This document shows positions 31,078 through 32,000 of a stretch of DNA of 32,000 nt, piece by piece (within the stretch, counting starts at the first letter, position 1; every line of letters begins with the position of its first letter). The notes under the pieces are model-generated. The model had not been told where the DNA came from and did not search any database. It worked only from the letters and a program-made list of their open reading frames with translations. The position numbers and the translations under genes were made by a program. Source of the DNA: Faecalibaculum rodentium (lineage in GTDB: Bacteria > Bacillota_I > Bacilli_A > Erysipelotrichales > Erysipelotrichaceae). The stretch covers positions 2,490,001-2,522,000 of the forward strand of contig NZ_CP011391.1 in NCBI RefSeq assembly GCF_001564455.1. Reading direction: 5' to 3'.

Positions 31078-32000
31078 AGCGCCTTCTTGCGTTTCTGACC
31101 GTGGCACTTCTCACACTCAACAGCATTCCCTATCCACAGCTGATGATGAAGACCGCCATCCTGAAGGTTCCAGACCGCACAGGCACAGAGGCAGTAAACT
31201 ATGATACGGTAACCAGAATGGCAATGGAGCTGAAATCCTGGCCGGTCCTGACCCAGGCCGGGCTGGAAGCCCACGGCACTGAACGGAATTCCGGCACCTA
31301 TGTCATTCCCGGCATGAAATCTTCTCTGTCGGTTGACAGGGAAGGACGCCCGGATACGTGTCTGGAGATGACTCCCCAGGGGCTTGCCGTCACGGAGGAT
31401 TACCTCTTCATTTCGGCCTACTGCCATGAAAAGGAACACAATTCTGTCCTGTACATGATCGACCGGCGGACCCATGATTTCATCAAGACCATCGTGCTGG
31501 AGGGCCAGCCGCATGCGGGATCTGTCTGCTGGGACCCGATATGGAAACATCTCTGGGTCTCCACGGGATACACCAACAATGCCAGTGCCAGCTATCTGCG
31601 GATCCGGGACATCGAAAAATACAGTTTTACCGAAACCGGAAAGCCGCTGCCCTGGCAGAGGACGCAGAAAATGACGCAGCTGACCCGCAATTCTTTCATG
31701 ACATGTTTTGACGGACAGCTCTTCGCGGGCACATTCACTCTGGATGAGCCGACGATGCGGCTGCAGACATTCGATCTCGTTCCTCCCGGGCGCATGGCTC
31801 ACAGCGGGGTGATTGCGGACAGCGCGATCATTGGCCAGCAATGTCAGGGGATCGCCATGACAGATGACTACATCTTCCTGACGTTCTCCTATGGTCCCTA
31901 CATTCCAAGCAAGCTGTGTGTCTATCCAAAGACGGCAACGCGGTTTCTCAAAAGCGATGCGATCCGGTCCTGGCAGCTGCCGCCCTGTCTGGAGCAGCCC
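31074..32000 (+). CDS. Hypothetical secreted protein, open at the right window edge
   Basis: Not in the ORF track because no stop lies within the window. GTG at 31074 overlaps the DUF4230 TGA (GTGA) and lies 4 to 5 nt after GGAGGGG. My translation begins VKRLLAFLTVALLTLNSIPYPQ (signal-peptide-like). The frame stays open for 309 codons to position 32000. I recognise no family. Confidence 0.65.
   Translation, partial: MKRLLAFLTVALLTLNSIPYPQLMMKTAILKVPDRTGTEAVNYDTVTRMAMELKSWPVLTQAGLEAHGTERNSGTYVIPGMKSSLSVDREGRPDTCLEMTPQGLAVTEDYLFISAYCHEKEHNSVLYMIDRRTHDFIKTIVLEGQPHAGSVCWDPIWKHLWVSTGYTNNASASYLRIRDIEKYSFTETGKPLPWQRTQKMTQLTRNSFMTCFDGQLFAGTFTLDEPTMRLQTFDLVPPGRMAHSGVIADSAIIGQQCQGIAMTDDYIFLTFSYGPYIPSKLCVYPKTATRFLKSDAIRSWQLPPCLEQP

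Noticed and set aside
31131-31138. DnaA-box-like TATCCACA (8 of 9 match to TTATCCACA) near the rsmG-par cluster
   Set aside because: It is a single imperfect copy inside a coding region. There is no cluster of boxes or AT-rich unwinding element, so it is not evidence for oriC in this window.
1-32000. Scan for CRISPR arrays, tRNA/rRNA genes, transposases, integrases, toxin-antitoxin pairs or defence-system signatures
   Set aside because: I saw no regularly spaced repeats, no cloverleaf-like or rRNA-like segments, and no ORF with recombinase, nuclease or defence hallmarks. The window appears to be core chromosome apart from the Bce-like module.

Overview
GC-rich (by eye), gene-dense chromosomal segment with strong GGAGG-type ribosome-binding sites and a Firmicutes-like gene set. 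About three quarters of the genes are on the minus strand. I see mostly housekeeping content and no obvious defence island, prophage, CRISPR array, tRNA or rRNA. Left to right: (1) a visibly more AT-rich Bce-type peptide-antibiotic sensing module (response regulator, intramembrane-sensing histidine kinase, start of an ABC ATPase), in which the kinase is interrupted by an in-frame TAG just before its H-box. (2) A tightly packed six-gene minus-strand operon: class-III aminotransferase, polar amino-acid ABC importer (SBP, permease, ATPase), cytidylate-kinase-like protein and Fe-alcohol dehydrogenase, with its own promoter, structured leader and terminator. (3) map, prmC and prfA. (4) A membrane-anchored GH73 glucosaminidase-like protein, a small DUF3284-like protein and tatD. 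(5) prs and a C-terminally truncated glmU, preceded by an orphan bitopic coiled-coil protein. (6) A tandem pair of TetR regulators. (7) comFA and comFC. (8) An Amidase_3 cell-wall amidase, a class I/II aminotransferase and rpmE. (9) MscS translationally coupled to a DUF5662 protein. (10) glmS with a clearly recognisable glmS ribozyme and promoter. (11) GntR/HutC regulator, parB, parA and rsmG (origin-proximal type cluster). (12) A DUF4230 protein and an open-ended secreted hypothetical protein. The most unusual observations are the split kinase, the glmU lacking its acetyltransferase half, the aminotransferase/importer/ADH operon of unknown substrate, and the stand-alone TetR pair facing the cell-wall precursor operon. 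Many long ORFs in the track are antisense shadows of real genes and were rejected. Several track starts are alternative codons (TTG/GTG) or lie upstream of the best SD-supported start, and I adjusted those.
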